Origin: an uncultured Acidobacteriota bacterium
Lineage (GTDB): Bacteria > Acidobacteriota > Thermoanaerobaculia > Gp7-AA8
DNA length: 64,000 nt
Direction: 5' to 3'
Assembly (NCBI GenBank): GCA_963822445.1
Contig: CAWGHO010000002.1
Location: 1,568,001-1,632,000, forward strand
The notes beneath the pieces were generated by a model. That model was given only the letters and a program-made list of their open reading frames with translations, searched no databases and was not told the origin of the DNA. A program made the translations under genes and the position numbers. Position 1 is the stretch's first letter. Each line of letters opens with the position of its first letter. Below, one piece after another: positions 9,093-19,743 of the stretch.

Positions 9093-11552
9093 TCAGAACC
9101 GGTGTTCGTCTTTGAGGAATGTGCCGGAGAACTGCAGTTCGATGCCTTTGACAGCACCCTGAAGCGCCGCCAGGGCCGCGGGGTCGATGAGGCCATTGGT
9201 CCTCGGCAGTGAGAAATCCCATCCGGCAAACAGCGTCGGCTCGCTGTACTGGCCGCGGAAGTCTTCGGCCACCTTCGCGGGGATGGTAATGGACTCCTCG
9301 CGGCTGCTGTCCGCCAGGACGGGGTTGTAGCGGAAGCTCTGGTTCACCCGCGGACCGATGAAGCGGAACTCTTTCCGCACGTCCTTCTGGTTCGGTACTT
9401 TCTCGAAGCGCTGATCGTAGTAGTTGCCGTCAGTCCGGACGGTGAACTCCATTGAGCTCGGTCGCTTCTCATCGCTCCAGTTGACCCACACCCTGACCTC
9501 GCGCACGCGCACACGCCCAACGTTTCCCAAACCCGCGACCGGGCCGAACTCGGGGGTGAGGCGGAGCGTGAAGCTTCCATCGCGCAGGAAGTCCGTGACG
9601 GCCGTCGCCGGCACCTCGAAGGTTTCGTTTTTCAACTCCTGTGGGGGAGGAGAGAAGCTGTCGAGCGCTCGCTGCACACTCACTTCCATATCGGCGATAT
9701 GGAGCAGGTCCTCAGCGAGATCCGCAATCGACCCGCCCGGCTTGCGTTCCGGGCGCGCGACCGTGAGCGCCCAGTAGCGGTGCGCGGCGTCGAAGTCCTG
9801 CAGGGCCGTGAACACTGCGCGCCTGACCGCACGGTGACGAAGCCAGAGAGCCACAGCCAGTGCCGGGGCGGCCGTCCCGGTCTCGAGTGTTTGAATCTGT
9901 TTGGTGATGGCCGCGCTCTGCTCCTCGGCGAGTTTCGTGAGAAGGGTTGCCTGAGCGAGTTCCTGCGCAATGGGAGTGATGGCGACCTGCGCCGCGGTCA
10001 GCGCGCGTCCGTAGATGATCAATACCCTCAGCTGTTGCCGGTACTCAGTCGCGCCGGGGACGCCCTCGGTGATCGCCGGGTCGAGCGCATCCTCGATCTC
10101 GTTCCGGAACTGCTCCCAGTAGGCGCTCTCCGAGGGTGCGCCGTTGAGGTCCGAGGCGGCCGACTCGCGGCGTACGTCAGCCATGCGGCCAGCGAGCGCT
10201 CCCGCATTGCTGATCTTGCTGGCCTCGGGGAGGATCTCTCGGATCATCTTCACCAGCCTGGCGACGGCCCGGATGATCTTCTCGAGCTTTTTCAACGTCT
10301 CGACGATCTTCACCGCCATCGCGCCGGCCTTGGCGGCTTTTGCAGCCAGGCCCGAGAGGTCCGTCGGTTTACCCGCGAAAATCATGGCCACGCCAACCAC
10401 CGCCGAAAAGACAGCACTGGTAATCGCGAGCTCCGCCTGGCGCTGCTGGCCTCTCCGCCACGCGTCAAGGCCTTCCTGGAACACCCGCTCCGCTTCCTCG
10501 ACGCGTTTGGTCTGCGATTCCATCGAGGTCTGTGCCCTGGTCAGATTGTCGGTCGCGGCTTTGAGGTTCGTCTCCAGGTGTTCGGTAACGAGCCCCTGGA
10601 ACCTCAAGGCTTTGTCCTCCTTCCCGAGCAGAAGAATCGCGGCCTGCTTTCGCTGATTGATATCCGCCGTGCGGTCGATGAACTGGTCGAACTTGTCGGC
10701 GAAAGCCTTGAGTGCCGGTCCGTAGGATCGGGCAACGCTGCCGTAGACATCCTGGGTGAGGCGCGGCACGCGCTCCGATCCCTGGAGTTGCGGCGCGAGC
10801 ATCTCGCGTGTGGCCACGCACTGCGCGAGAACCTGCTGCCACGAAGCCACGCCGGGGTTCAAGGCCACGAGCGTCTCGATGCGGTCCAGGAGGCTGTTGG
10901 CGACGGCCGCGTGGTTGGTGTCGAAGAGCGACTGTGCCGTGAGGAGGAGACGCGCGAGGAACGTCGTACAAGCGTCGAAGCCTGGACCGGAGGTGGGCAG
11001 CGGCAAACTGCGAATGCCGTACCTTTCGACGTCGGGATGGCCGCGCAGGGGGCCGGTAAAATGGAATTCCCTTTGAACGGGCTTTCGAACTTCGTCTTTG
11101 CCCCACCGGAACTCCTGCGGCACTACCTCCCTGCCCTCCCTGCTCCCTCCATTCATGGCGAAATACAACTCTCTGAGGGCCGAGCGTACGGTCCGGCCGA
11201 CGACAGCCATGCGAAAAGTCTCGTCGCCTTGGGGCATGCTCCGTGCGAAGAAGTTCATTTGGTTCAGATCGAAGGTATCGGCGAACAGCAACACGTCGCT
11301 GAAGCCGTCGAGTCGTATCCCGAGGTTGTCCTCGCGACGCTTGATGGTGCTGATCGTGTCGGCCAGGATCAGCAGCTTGCTCGTGCCTGCCGGGCGCTCC
11401 TCCGACAGGTGCGGCAGTCTGACGTGCATACCGGTGATGACCCACCAGTCGTCTACTTTCATTGAACGGCTGAAGGGACCGATGTTGAAGGGGTTGTCGA
11501 TGAGGCCGTCCCAGTCGTCGGGTGTGGTCGGAGGGAAAGGGTGGTTGCTCAT
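9093..11552 (-). CDS. Large hypothetical protein, candidate alpha-helical pore-forming toxin (IPD083/PtIP-83-like)
   Basis: AGGAGA RBS before ATG 11552. Long amphipathic helices surround a hydrophobic segment (AITSAVFSAVVGVAMIFAG), and the C-terminus is beta-rich. The toxin assignment is a recalled resemblance, not verified. Confidence 0.7.
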   Translation of the reverse strand: MSNHPFPPTTPDDWDGLIDNPFNIGPFSRSMKVDDWWVITGMHVRLPHLSEERPAGTSKLLILADTISTIKRREDNLGIRLDGFSDVLLFADTFDLNQMNFFARSMPQGDETFRMAVVGRTVRSALRELYFAMNGGSREGREVVPQEFRWGKDEVRKPVQREFHFTGPLRGHPDVERYGIRSLPLPTSGPGFDACTTFLARLLLTAQSLFDTNHAAVANSLLDRIETLVALNPGVASWQQVLAQCVATREMLAPQLQGSERVPRLTQDVYGSVARSYGPALKAFADKFDQFIDRTADINQRKQAAILLLGKEDKALRFQGLVTEHLETNLKAATDNLTRAQTSMESQTKRVEEAERVFQEGLDAWRRGQQRQAELAITSAVFSAVVGVAMIFAGKPTDLSGLAAKAAKAGAMAVKIVETLKKLEKIIRAVARLVKMIREILPEASKISNAGALAGRMADVRRESAASDLNGAPSESAYWEQFRNEIEDALDPAITEGVPGATEYRQQLRVLIIYGRALTAAQVAITPIAQELAQATLLTKLAEEQSAAITKQIQTLETGTAAPALAVALWLRHRAVRRAVFTALQDFDAAHRYWALTVARPERKPGGSIADLAEDLLHIADMEVSVQRALDSFSPPPQELKNETFEVPATAVTDFLRDGSFTLRLTPEFGPVAGLGNVGRVRVREVRVWVNWSDEKRPSSMEFTVRTDGNYYDQRFEKVPNQKDVRKEFRFIGPRVNQSFRYNPVLADSSREESITIPAKVAEDFRGQYSEPTLFAGWDFSLPRTNGLIDPAALAALQGAVKGIELQFSGTFLKDEHRF

Positions 11553-11647
11553 GAGGATCTCTCCTTTGAGGCGCGCCACCACCTCTCGTAAGAGGAGGGT
11601 ACGTCGAGTTCGCTTTCCCTACCTCGAAAATCGTTGCAGCCAATCGG

Positions 11648-14274
11648 CTAGTGACGCACTGAATGACGACGGGGAGCGCACTTGCCGGTGCAGTAAATCG
11701 CGACGGACCAGAGCTCCCGTCCGACGGATCTCTCCTCCGCGGAAACATAAAGAATTTTGCCGATGCGGAGAAACTCGGAGGGCAGGGAGCTTCGCGTCCC
11801 TGGATTGAGATCCGCCAGCATCCGCGTCCCTTCCAATGTCCCGTCGCTGGCCCAGGGTTCGATGCCATGAATGGGATCGCTTCCCGGAAAGAACAGCGCG
11901 CCGTCACTGAAGTGGAGAGGTGGAACTGGAGCGGTGCGCCACTGGCCTGAAATCTCCTGCAGAAGAAACGTACCCTCGGCGGTTCCGTCGCTCCGCCAGA
12001 CTTGCCATTGGTTGTCGGTGCTTCCAATCCAGAAGAACAGTCCGTTCCCGACAGTGGCGCCTCGGAACGTCGACTTGACGCGCTCGCGAAGTAGCGTCGT
12101 CCCTTCGGTCGTTCCATCGCTGCGCCACAGTTGCCCGTCGATCATGAGCAGCAGCGTGTCTCCGAGCGCGGCCAGGTTGATCGAATTCACACGGCCCAGG
12201 CTCCGCACGAGAGCACTTTCGCCCGAACTGACGTGCACGCGCCATAGGTCGAGGTCATAGGAAGAAGCGACGACGAAGTAGATCCATGGACCCACACGCG
12301 TGAACGCGCGTGGATATCGCCACGGGCCGATATCGTCATCATTGAAAAGGCGCGTACCTTCGACCGTCCCGTCCGTTCGCCAGACCTGGCTCTCGAGCAG
12401 AACGGGCTCGGGGATGCCGACAGTGAATCCGTCGAGACCGAAGAACGCGTGGTCACCGGCCACGGAGATCGGTTGGGCATCGAGTGCGACCCCCGCCTGT
12501 TTCGGAGCGATCCGCGCGAGCATTCGCGTCCCGCCGCCGGTGCCGTCGCTGAACCAGAGCTCGACAGCCTCGGAATTCACACCGGCCCAGAGGATCCCGT
12601 TGCGGAACGGGACAAGCCGAACATCGCCATCCTCGCTGGCCAGCGGCACCGTTCCCGCGAGCGTCCCATCCGTCCGGTAGAGCTTCGATCCGATGGCTGT
12701 TCGCTTCACGAAGTAATAGAAACCTCCGCTGGCAACGGCATCGGAATTGAACCACCATTCCCCTGAGCTGTCCGGCAACATCGAGGTTCCGGCGGACGTG
12801 CCGTCGCTGATCCACGTCGCATGGGAGCGCGTTCCCTCGGAACCGGTCTGGCTAGCGCGAAAGAACAGCCTGCCGCCGGCGTTCGCGAGCGAGTACGGGG
12901 AGGAGCTCAGCGTAAATCGTGGGGCGATCGTCTTCAGCAACTGCGTTCCAGAAGGCGTACCGTCGCTGATCCAGGGCTCGAGGCCCGCGCCCGTAATGGG
13001 CTCCCGCGCACCGAAAAAGACGCCGTCCGCGCGGGGAATGAACGTGGGGTCCTTGATATGCACGCCGGATGAACCGCCAGCGACGAAGGTCGTTCCCTCC
13101 GGTGTCCCATCCGTCTTCATGAGCTCCCAGCCGGTGGCTGTGACGGAGAAGAAGTAGTACCGATCGCCGACGACAGATCCGCTCGAGGTAGCCTGCGGTG
13201 ACGAGAGCAGCCGCGTGCCGGTGGCCGTTCCGTCCGAGCTCCAGAAGTTCCCCTGACCCTCGATCAACAGTCTCTCGCCGAGCGCCGTCATTCCGAAGAT
13301 GCCCGAGCCGTTCGCCCCTTGAGTGAGGTCAGTGAACAGCGATGTTCCGGTCGCTGTGCCGTCCGAGCGCCACACTTCGGCTCCTGTCGTTCCATCATTC
13401 GCGACGAAGTAGGCGATGCCGCCGGCGACCGTGAACAGGTAGGGTCGTTCGCGAAAACCGTCGCGCAGAACTTGCGTATCGCCCGACTGATGCAACTGGA
13501 GAAGAGTCCATGGTCCGCTTTCCCCGCTCCGGGAAGTGAAGAGGAACCTATCGCCGAGCTGCCCTCCGAAGTAGGCGTCGCCAGAAACGATGAACCGTGT
13601 TCCCTCGGCAGTGCCATCGGTGGCGAAGAAGCCGTACCGCACTCCGTCCCAGGCGTAGAAGAGAACGAGCGGACCGAACTCGCTCAGAACGGTGCCGTGG
13701 AAAAGCGATGACGCCGGGCCGGGGTTGAGATCGGTGATCATTCGCGTGCCCGCCGAAGTTCCGTCCGTTCTCCCGAGCTCGTACCCGGCTTCACGAGTCT
13801 CGGCCCGGAAGTAGAGGACGGAGTCGATGACCGGGCCAAACGTGAAGACGGACGAGGAAGGGCCGCGCTGGAAATCGGCAAGCATTCTCGTCCCGTCCCC
13901 GGTACCGTCGCTTGCCCACAGCTCGATGCCGTGCTCTCCGTCGGACGCCGGGAACAGCACCCGCGAGCCAACCACTGTCGCGGGATAGCGCGAGTACCCC
14001 TCTTTCGGCGAACTGGCAGGGCCGGGGCTGATATCGCGGACCAGTTCCGTCCCACGCTCGGTGCCGTCCGTCTTCCAGAGCTCTCTGCCCACCGCTTCCG
14101 TCGTCGCCCAGAAGAATGTCGTGTTCCCGATCGAGGCCAGACCGAGCGGGTTCGAACCGACGGAGAACGGACGCGGATCGATGTCCTTGATCAGCCGCCC
14201 TGAGAACTGGCAGTCGTGGCCATGGCTGCGGCGAGGACTGCCGCGGTGAGAATGGCCGTTCGCGCTCGGGGCAT
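11648..14274 (-). CDS. ELWxxDGT repeat beta-propeller protein; 1-nt frameshift near 14199
   Basis: Many ELW/EPW-x-S/TDGT repeats. The signal peptide MPRARTAILTAAVLAAAMATTASSQ from ATG 14274 is out of frame by one base with RLIKDIDP...GRELWKTDGT. Confidence 0.88.
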
Positions 14275-14335
14275 CCAGTTATTGTAAGACGACAGCTCCG
14301 CCGCGACGCAACCGGGCGTTGCTATCATCCGCGCC

Positions 14336-16168
14336 ATGCCGCCGCGGGTCGTGGCCATCATCGCCACCTACAACGAAGAGCGTTTCATCGGCGGCTGCCT
14401 GGAGCACCTCTTTGCGCAAGGCGTGGAGGCGTACCTGTGCGACAACGAGTCCACCGACCGGACCGTCGAGATCGCGAAGGCGTACCTCGGCCGCGGACTG
14501 CGCGCAATCGAGACCATCCCGCGCCAGGGCATGTATCGCTGGCAGCAGATCCTCCGCCGGAAAGCGCAACTGGCCGAAGAGCTCGACGCCGACTGGTTCC
14601 TCCATCTCGATCCCGACGAGTTCCCGCAGCCGTGGCGCGCGGGCCAGACGCTGGCAGAGGCGCTGGGCGAGGCGGATGCGGCCGGATACAACGCCGTGGA
14701 GTTCGACGAGATCGTCTTCGTGGCCACGCGCGAGGCGCCGGATCACGACGGACCGAACTTCCGCGAGACCATGCACTGGTACTACCCATTCATGCCGGCT
14801 CCGCTGCATCGTGTGATCGCCTGGAAGCGGCAACCGCGGGTGGACCTGGTTTCCACGGCAGGGCATAAGGTGCAATTTCGCGGAAGGCGAATTTCACCGG
14901 AGCGCCTCTTTTTCCGCCACTACTTGATCCTCAGTCGCGAGCACATGATCCGCAAATATGTGGGGCGTCCATACGATCCGGACGAGGTGCGGAAAGGGTG
15001 GCACGGATGGCGGAACCGGCTCACGCCCGACCAGGTCCACCTCCCGGCAGAGGTGCAGATGCGCTTAACCGCCGGAGACGCGGACCTCGACGCATCGTTG
15101 CCGCGCGACCGGCATTTCATCGAGTGGCGGCCCATACACGATCCGCCGATGGTCCTCTGTATCGTGAATCGTCCCGGTTGGGCGCACGACCACAAGACGC
15201 GCGCACTCACCGCCGCACTGGACGGCTCTTACAGGCTGGTGACGCGATATCAGTCAGAAGTGACGGAGGCGGAGATCGAAGAGGCCGATCTCGTCCTCGT
15301 CTACTTCTGGCTTCAGGTCGACGGCATGCCTCACCTGCGGCGCGTCTTCGAGCGCGTGCGCGACCGGCTGTTGATCGGCGCCAGCAGTGAGTACGAGCTC
15401 GGTGGCGCGTGGCGCCGGCCGGGCCTGAAGATGCTGGCGCGCCTGCCACGCGCGGTGTTCGCCAACAATCTCCGCCTCACAAAGCAGCTCGAGGCCGTCC
15501 TCGGACGCCGCGTCTTCTACACGCCAAACGGCGTCGACACGAGCTTCTTCCGGCCGCCCGCCGCGCCGCCCCATCCTGTCCCGTTGCGCGTCGGGTGGGC
15601 GGGGAGCCTGACAAATCACACGCCGGAGCATCGCGGCGTGCACCTCATCGCGGACGCCGTGGCCGCCGTCGAAGGCGCGGAGCTCTGCCTCGGCGCGCGC
15701 GAGCATCACTGGCGCAACCCCGAGGAGATGCGCGAGTTCTACCAGTCCCTGCATGTCTACGTCTGCGCCAGTCGCAGCGAGGGCACGCCCAACGGGTGCC
15801 TCGAGGCGGCCGCGTGCGGCGTGCCGGTGGTGACGACCGCGGTCGGCAACATGCCGGAGTTCATTCGCGATGGCGAAAATGGTCTGTTCGTCACGCGCGA
15901 CGTTGACGACATCGCCGCAAAACTACGACGGCTGCGCGACGATCCCGGGCTCCGCGAGCAGATGGGCCGGGCCGCGCGCACAGCGGCGGAGACGTGGGAC
16001 TGGCGACATCACGCGCCCCGCTACGCCGAAATGTTCGAGGCCCTGCTCGGTGGGCGAGTCCCGCTTCCGAAGCGTAGTGCAGCGCAGCGCGCGGCCTATG
16101 CGGTCACCCGTTCCCGGGTCTGGCGCGCCGGCTCGCGCGTCGCCTCCTTGTGGCGCCGCTTCACGTAG
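14336..16168 (+). CDS. Fused glycosyltransferase (GT2 N-terminal + GT4 C-terminal)
   Basis: DNESTDRT and LHLDPDEF (GT2); TPNGVD and SRSEGTPNGCLEAAACGVPVVTT (GT4). Confidence 0.88.
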   Translation: MPPRVVAIIATYNEERFIGGCLEHLFAQGVEAYLCDNESTDRTVEIAKAYLGRGLRAIETIPRQGMYRWQQILRRKAQLAEELDADWFLHLDPDEFPQPWRAGQTLAEALGEADAAGYNAVEFDEIVFVATREAPDHDGPNFRETMHWYYPFMPAPLHRVIAWKRQPRVDLVSTAGHKVQFRGRRISPERLFFRHYLILSREHMIRKYVGRPYDPDEVRKGWHGWRNRLTPDQVHLPAEVQMRLTAGDADLDASLPRDRHFIEWRPIHDPPMVLCIVNRPGWAHDHKTRALTAALDGSYRLVTRYQSEVTEAEIEEADLVLVYFWLQVDGMPHLRRVFERVRDRLLIGASSEYELGGAWRRPGLKMLARLPRAVFANNLRLTKQLEAVLGRRVFYTPNGVDTSFFRPPAAPPHPVPLRVGWAGSLTNHTPEHRGVHLIADAVAAVEGAELCLGAREHHWRNPEEMREFYQSLHVYVCASRSEGTPNGCLEAAACGVPVVTTAVGNMPEFIRDGENGLFVTRDVDDIAAKLRRLRDDPGLREQMGRAARTAAETWDWRHHAPRYAEMFEALLGGRVPLPKRSAAQRAAYAVTRSRVWRAGSRVASLWRRFT

Positions 16169-16171
16169 CTC

Positions 16172-17044
16172 TCACGCCTCGTACTCCGCCTCGCGCGAAA
16201 GCTGTGTGTAAAGCCTTGCAACCTCCGGGTCGAGTGTCGCACCGTCCGCGCGTTGATGCCGCATGCGCGGCGACACGACGCGCACGGCCTCGTCGACCAC
16301 ACCTGCCGGGACGTGAATCCCGGCGAAGGCGAGGATGCGCTCGAGCTCGACGCGCGGTCTCGCCAGCGCCGCTTCGTAATGCGTGACGAGACGATCGCCG
16401 GCGCTGGTCTCCTCGAGGATTCTGGTGTTGCTCACGCGCCAGAGCTCGAGAGCGACTTCCTGGATCAGCGCGCCGCGCTTCCCGGCTGACATGGAGGTGC
16501 GCACCGCGCCCCCCAACCGCTCGTGAAACCGCGATGCGGCATCGCGCAGCCGGATCGCCGAACCGGCGCGCGTCACCGACCAGTAGAACGGCCACGTGCG
16601 AGGAATCAGCCTGCTCGCGAGGAGCGAAGACGCCGTCTCAGCCGGATGCCGGAGGCAGACCAGCACCTTCATCGACGGGATCAGGCTTTTCCAGAACGGA
16701 AGCGTGAGCGCGTTCCGCGGATCCTTCCAGGCCCAAGGCTCCCGTCCTTCGAATTGCGCGAGGATCGACTTCGCTTCGGCGATGATCTCCGGCGTCGACC
16801 GGAGTGTCGCCGGCGGCGCAAACCACGTGGCGCCGTTCGCCGCGAGCAATCGTTCGTTGAGCCGGACGAATCTCAGGTTTTCCCAGTAGCCGTCGGTGTT
16901 GTCGACGCTCGCGGGCATCAGCTGCTCCGGCGGTCCGAGATGGACGCCGCAGCGGTGCAGCAGCTGCGTGACCAGCGACGTTCCTGAACGCGGCATGCCG
17001 GCGACGCAGATCACGATCCGACGCGTTCGCGCAGTTTTTTCCAC
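16172..17044 (-). CDS. Sulfotransferase family protein
   Basis: PAPS-binding GMPRSGTS, WKDPR, RHP..TA.S and HYE motifs. Confidence 0.88.
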   Translation of the reverse strand: MEKTARTRRIVICVAGMPRSGTSLVTQLLHRCGVHLGPPEQLMPASVDNTDGYWENLRFVRLNERLLAANGATWFAPPATLRSTPEIIAEAKSILAQFEGREPWAWKDPRNALTLPFWKSLIPSMKVLVCLRHPAETASSLLASRLIPRTWPFYWSVTRAGSAIRLRDAASRFHERLGGAVRTSMSAGKRGALIQEVALELWRVSNTRILEETSAGDRLVTHYEAALARPRVELERILAFAGIHVPAGVVDEAVRVVSPRMRHQRADGATLDPEVARLYTQLSREAEYEA

Positions 17045-17922
17045 GTGTGCGGCGAGAGGATCGCGTGCACGAGTGAGGCGGGTCTGGCGACCGCGTGCCG
17101 GAGACTGACGAATGCATACGTGTCGCCGCGCCGTGCGGCTTCGAAGGTCTCCGCCAGCAGGCGACGGCAGATGATGGCTTTCTGGCGCCTGGCGGCGCGT
17201 CGAAACTCGCGCGGATTGGCCGTCGCGCGGGTGAGCTCCGCGGAGCGCTCCAGTACGCGATGGACGGCGGACAGCAGACCATCCGCCACTCGGGACGATC
17301 CTTGTTTCGACCAGAGTGTGGACTGACGGTAGATCGACACCGGCTCGGGCAGTACCGCGATCGGATAGCGCTCCGCGATTCGCAGCCAGAGGTCCCAGTC
17401 ATCGGCGGGCGCGGCTTCGTGAAACACACCGCCGACCGCTTCGATCGCGCTGCGGCGTACGACGGCCGTGCCCGACGGGATGAAGTTGCCGCCGATCAGC
17501 AGCCAGAAGACGTCCCCGCTCGGACAAAACGACGGAAACAGGCAGCCATCGACCGCGAGCCTCTGCGTCGCGGCGTGGACCTGGCCGTACACCAGCGCCG
17601 CGTCCGGCGTTGCTTCGAGGATCGCGACCTGGCGGTCGATCGAGCCCGGCAACCGCGCGTCATCATCGTCGAGGAACGAAATGTAGGTACCCGAGCTCGC
17701 CGCGATGCCCGCGGCACGCGCGTAGCCGACGCCGCGGCGTTCCTCGAGCCGGACGTAGACGATGTCCCGTAACGATGCGCAGACGGCGCTCGTCTGGTCC
17801 CTCGAGCCGTCGTCGACCACGACGATCTCGACCTCTCGTCCGGCCCGTCGTGCGCTCTCGACGGCTCGCTGGAGCAGCTCAGGCCTGTCGTGAGTCGGGA
17901 TGATGATGCTGGTCAGAGCCAT
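17011..17922 (-). CDS. Glycosyltransferase family 2
   Basis: SIIIPTHDR, VVDDGSRD, FLDDDD and DWDLWLRIA. Confidence 0.9.
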   Translation of the reverse strand: MALTSIIIPTHDRPELLQRAVESARRAGREVEIVVVDDGSRDQTSAVCASLRDIVYVRLEERRGVGYARAAGIAASSGTYISFLDDDDARLPGSIDRQVAILEATPDAALVYGQVHAATQRLAVDGCLFPSFCPSGDVFWLLIGGNFIPSGTAVVRRSAIEAVGGVFHEAAPADDWDLWLRIAERYPIAVLPEPVSIYRQSTLWSKQGSSRVADGLLSAVHRVLERSAELTRATANPREFRRAARRQKAIICRRLLAETFEAARRGDTYAFVSLRHAVARPASLVHAILSPHTWKKLRERVGS

Positions 17923-17985
17923 TCCAAGGGTCGCCTGAGAGCGGAGCAGGTTAGCACGCAGCGCGAGGCGCGGTGACCTTCGGAT

Positions 17986-19743
17986 TCAAGGCTGCGTCAC
18001 GGCCTCGGCGACCTCGCTCTGCTCGCGCCACATCCGCGCGTAGAGGCCGCCCCTCGCCAGCAGCTCGGCGTGCGTCCCGGTGTCGACGAGCTGGCCGCGC
18101 TCGAGGACGTGGATGCGATCCGCGCCCGCCACGGTGCCGAGGCGATGGGCGATGAGCAAGGTCATGCGCGTGGGCTCGCTCCGCCCAAGCTCGCGGATGG
18201 TGTCGCTCACGGCGCGCTCGGTGAGCGAGTCGAGGTTGCTCGTCGCCTCGTCGAAGATGAGCAACTCGGGATGGCGCAGCAGCGCGCGCGCGATGGCGAT
18301 GCGCTGGCGTTCACCGCCGGAGAGTTTGAGTCCTCCCTCGCCGATGCGCGTGTCCAGACCCTGTCCGCCGCGATCGAGGATCGTCGTCGCTGCCGCACGT
18401 CGAATCGCGGCGAGACACTCCGTGTCGTTCGCGTCGGGCACGCCGATGTGCAGGTTCTCGCGAATTGTGCCCGCGAAGAGATGCGTGTCATGCGTCACGA
18501 GACCGATGCGGCGGCGGAGATCGTCGCGATCGACCAGCGCGCCGTCGACGCCGTTGAACGTGATCGCCCCTCCGGACGGCGCATACAGTCCGACGAGCAG
18601 CTTCACGATGGTCGACTTTCCCGATCCCGACGGCCCCACGAACGCCACAGTCTCCCCCGCGCGCAGTTCGAAGCTCACGCTGCGCAGCGCCGCGGCGCCG
18701 TTGGGATACGTGAGGCCTGCGTCCTCGAAGCGGATACTCTCCAGCGTCTCGATCCGAATCGCCGAGTCGCTCATCGTCTCCATCGGGATGTTCATCACCT
18801 CGTCGAGCTGACCGAACGTCGCCCGGGCCTGCTGGTAGCGCACGACCACGTTTCCGAGCTCCGTCAGCGGCGCGAACGCGTTCATCAGGAGGTAGAGGAA
18901 CATCGTCAGGAACTCGCCCACGGTGATCTCGTGCCGGTACACGAGCCAGAGCATCGTCACCATCACGACCGCGCGCGCCGCGCTCATGGCCGTCCCCGCG
19001 ATGAGCGTGAACATGCGTACAAGCCGCAGCTTCCTTTCCTCGAGCTGCAGGATCTGGTCATTCAGAAGCTGGAGGCGCCCTATCTCCTGCTCCTCGATGC
19101 CGAAGCTCTTCACCATCTCGACATTGCGCATCGTCTCCGTCATCGTCCCGGCTTCGGACCCGAGTTGGGCGGAGATGCGCTGTTGATGGCGATGGATCGG
19201 TCGCGACACGGACAGCATGAACGTCGCCAGACCGGCGATCAGCGCGATCTGCACGATCCCCAGAATCGGGTGGACGTAAAACGCATACACGGCGATCGCC
19301 GTCATGGCCACTCCGCCGAGGTAGAGACGCACGGCGGAGGTGATCGACTGTTCCGCGTCGTGCCGCGCGCGGTGCATCGTGTGAAGCAGCTCCCCGGAGC
19401 GGCGGTCCTCGTAGATGCGGAACGGCAGCAGCAGGGAGTGCCTGACGGTGGCCGCGTAGAGCTGCGCCCCCACGCGGCGGGCAATGAGGTTGATCCGGTA
19501 CTCCTGCAGAGTGCGCGCGAGCCGCGCGATCATCGTGATCACCACCGAGGCCACGACCAGCCAGAGCACGCCGCGAATGAATGTTTCACGCGGCAGTTCG
19601 TCGATCCGCATCACGTAGCGATCGACGATCAACCGAAGGATGTGCGGGTCGGCGAGGACCAGGAGCTGGTGGACCGTCGCCAGCGCGAACGCTCCTGCGA
19701 GCGCGCGCCAATGCCGGAGCGAGTGTCGGACGAGAAGCCTCAT
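17986..19743 (-). CDS. ABC exporter, fused permease/ATP-binding subunit
   Basis: N-terminal TM segments; Walker A GPSGSGKST, signature LSGGERQR, Walker B LIFDEATS and AHRL. Confidence 0.93.
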   Translation of the reverse strand: MRLLVRHSLRHWRALAGAFALATVHQLLVLADPHILRLIVDRYVMRIDELPRETFIRGVLWLVVASVVITMIARLARTLQEYRINLIARRVGAQLYAATVRHSLLLPFRIYEDRRSGELLHTMHRARHDAEQSITSAVRLYLGGVAMTAIAVYAFYVHPILGIVQIALIAGLATFMLSVSRPIHRHQQRISAQLGSEAGTMTETMRNVEMVKSFGIEEQEIGRLQLLNDQILQLEERKLRLVRMFTLIAGTAMSAARAVVMVTMLWLVYRHEITVGEFLTMFLYLLMNAFAPLTELGNVVVRYQQARATFGQLDEVMNIPMETMSDSAIRIETLESIRFEDAGLTYPNGAAALRSVSFELRAGETVAFVGPSGSGKSTIVKLLVGLYAPSGGAITFNGVDGALVDRDDLRRRIGLVTHDTHLFAGTIRENLHIGVPDANDTECLAAIRRAAATTILDRGGQGLDTRIGEGGLKLSGGERQRIAIARALLRHPELLIFDEATSNLDSLTERAVSDTIRELGRSEPTRMTLLIAHRLGTVAGADRIHVLERGQLVDTGTHAELLARGGLYARMWREQSEVAEAVTQP

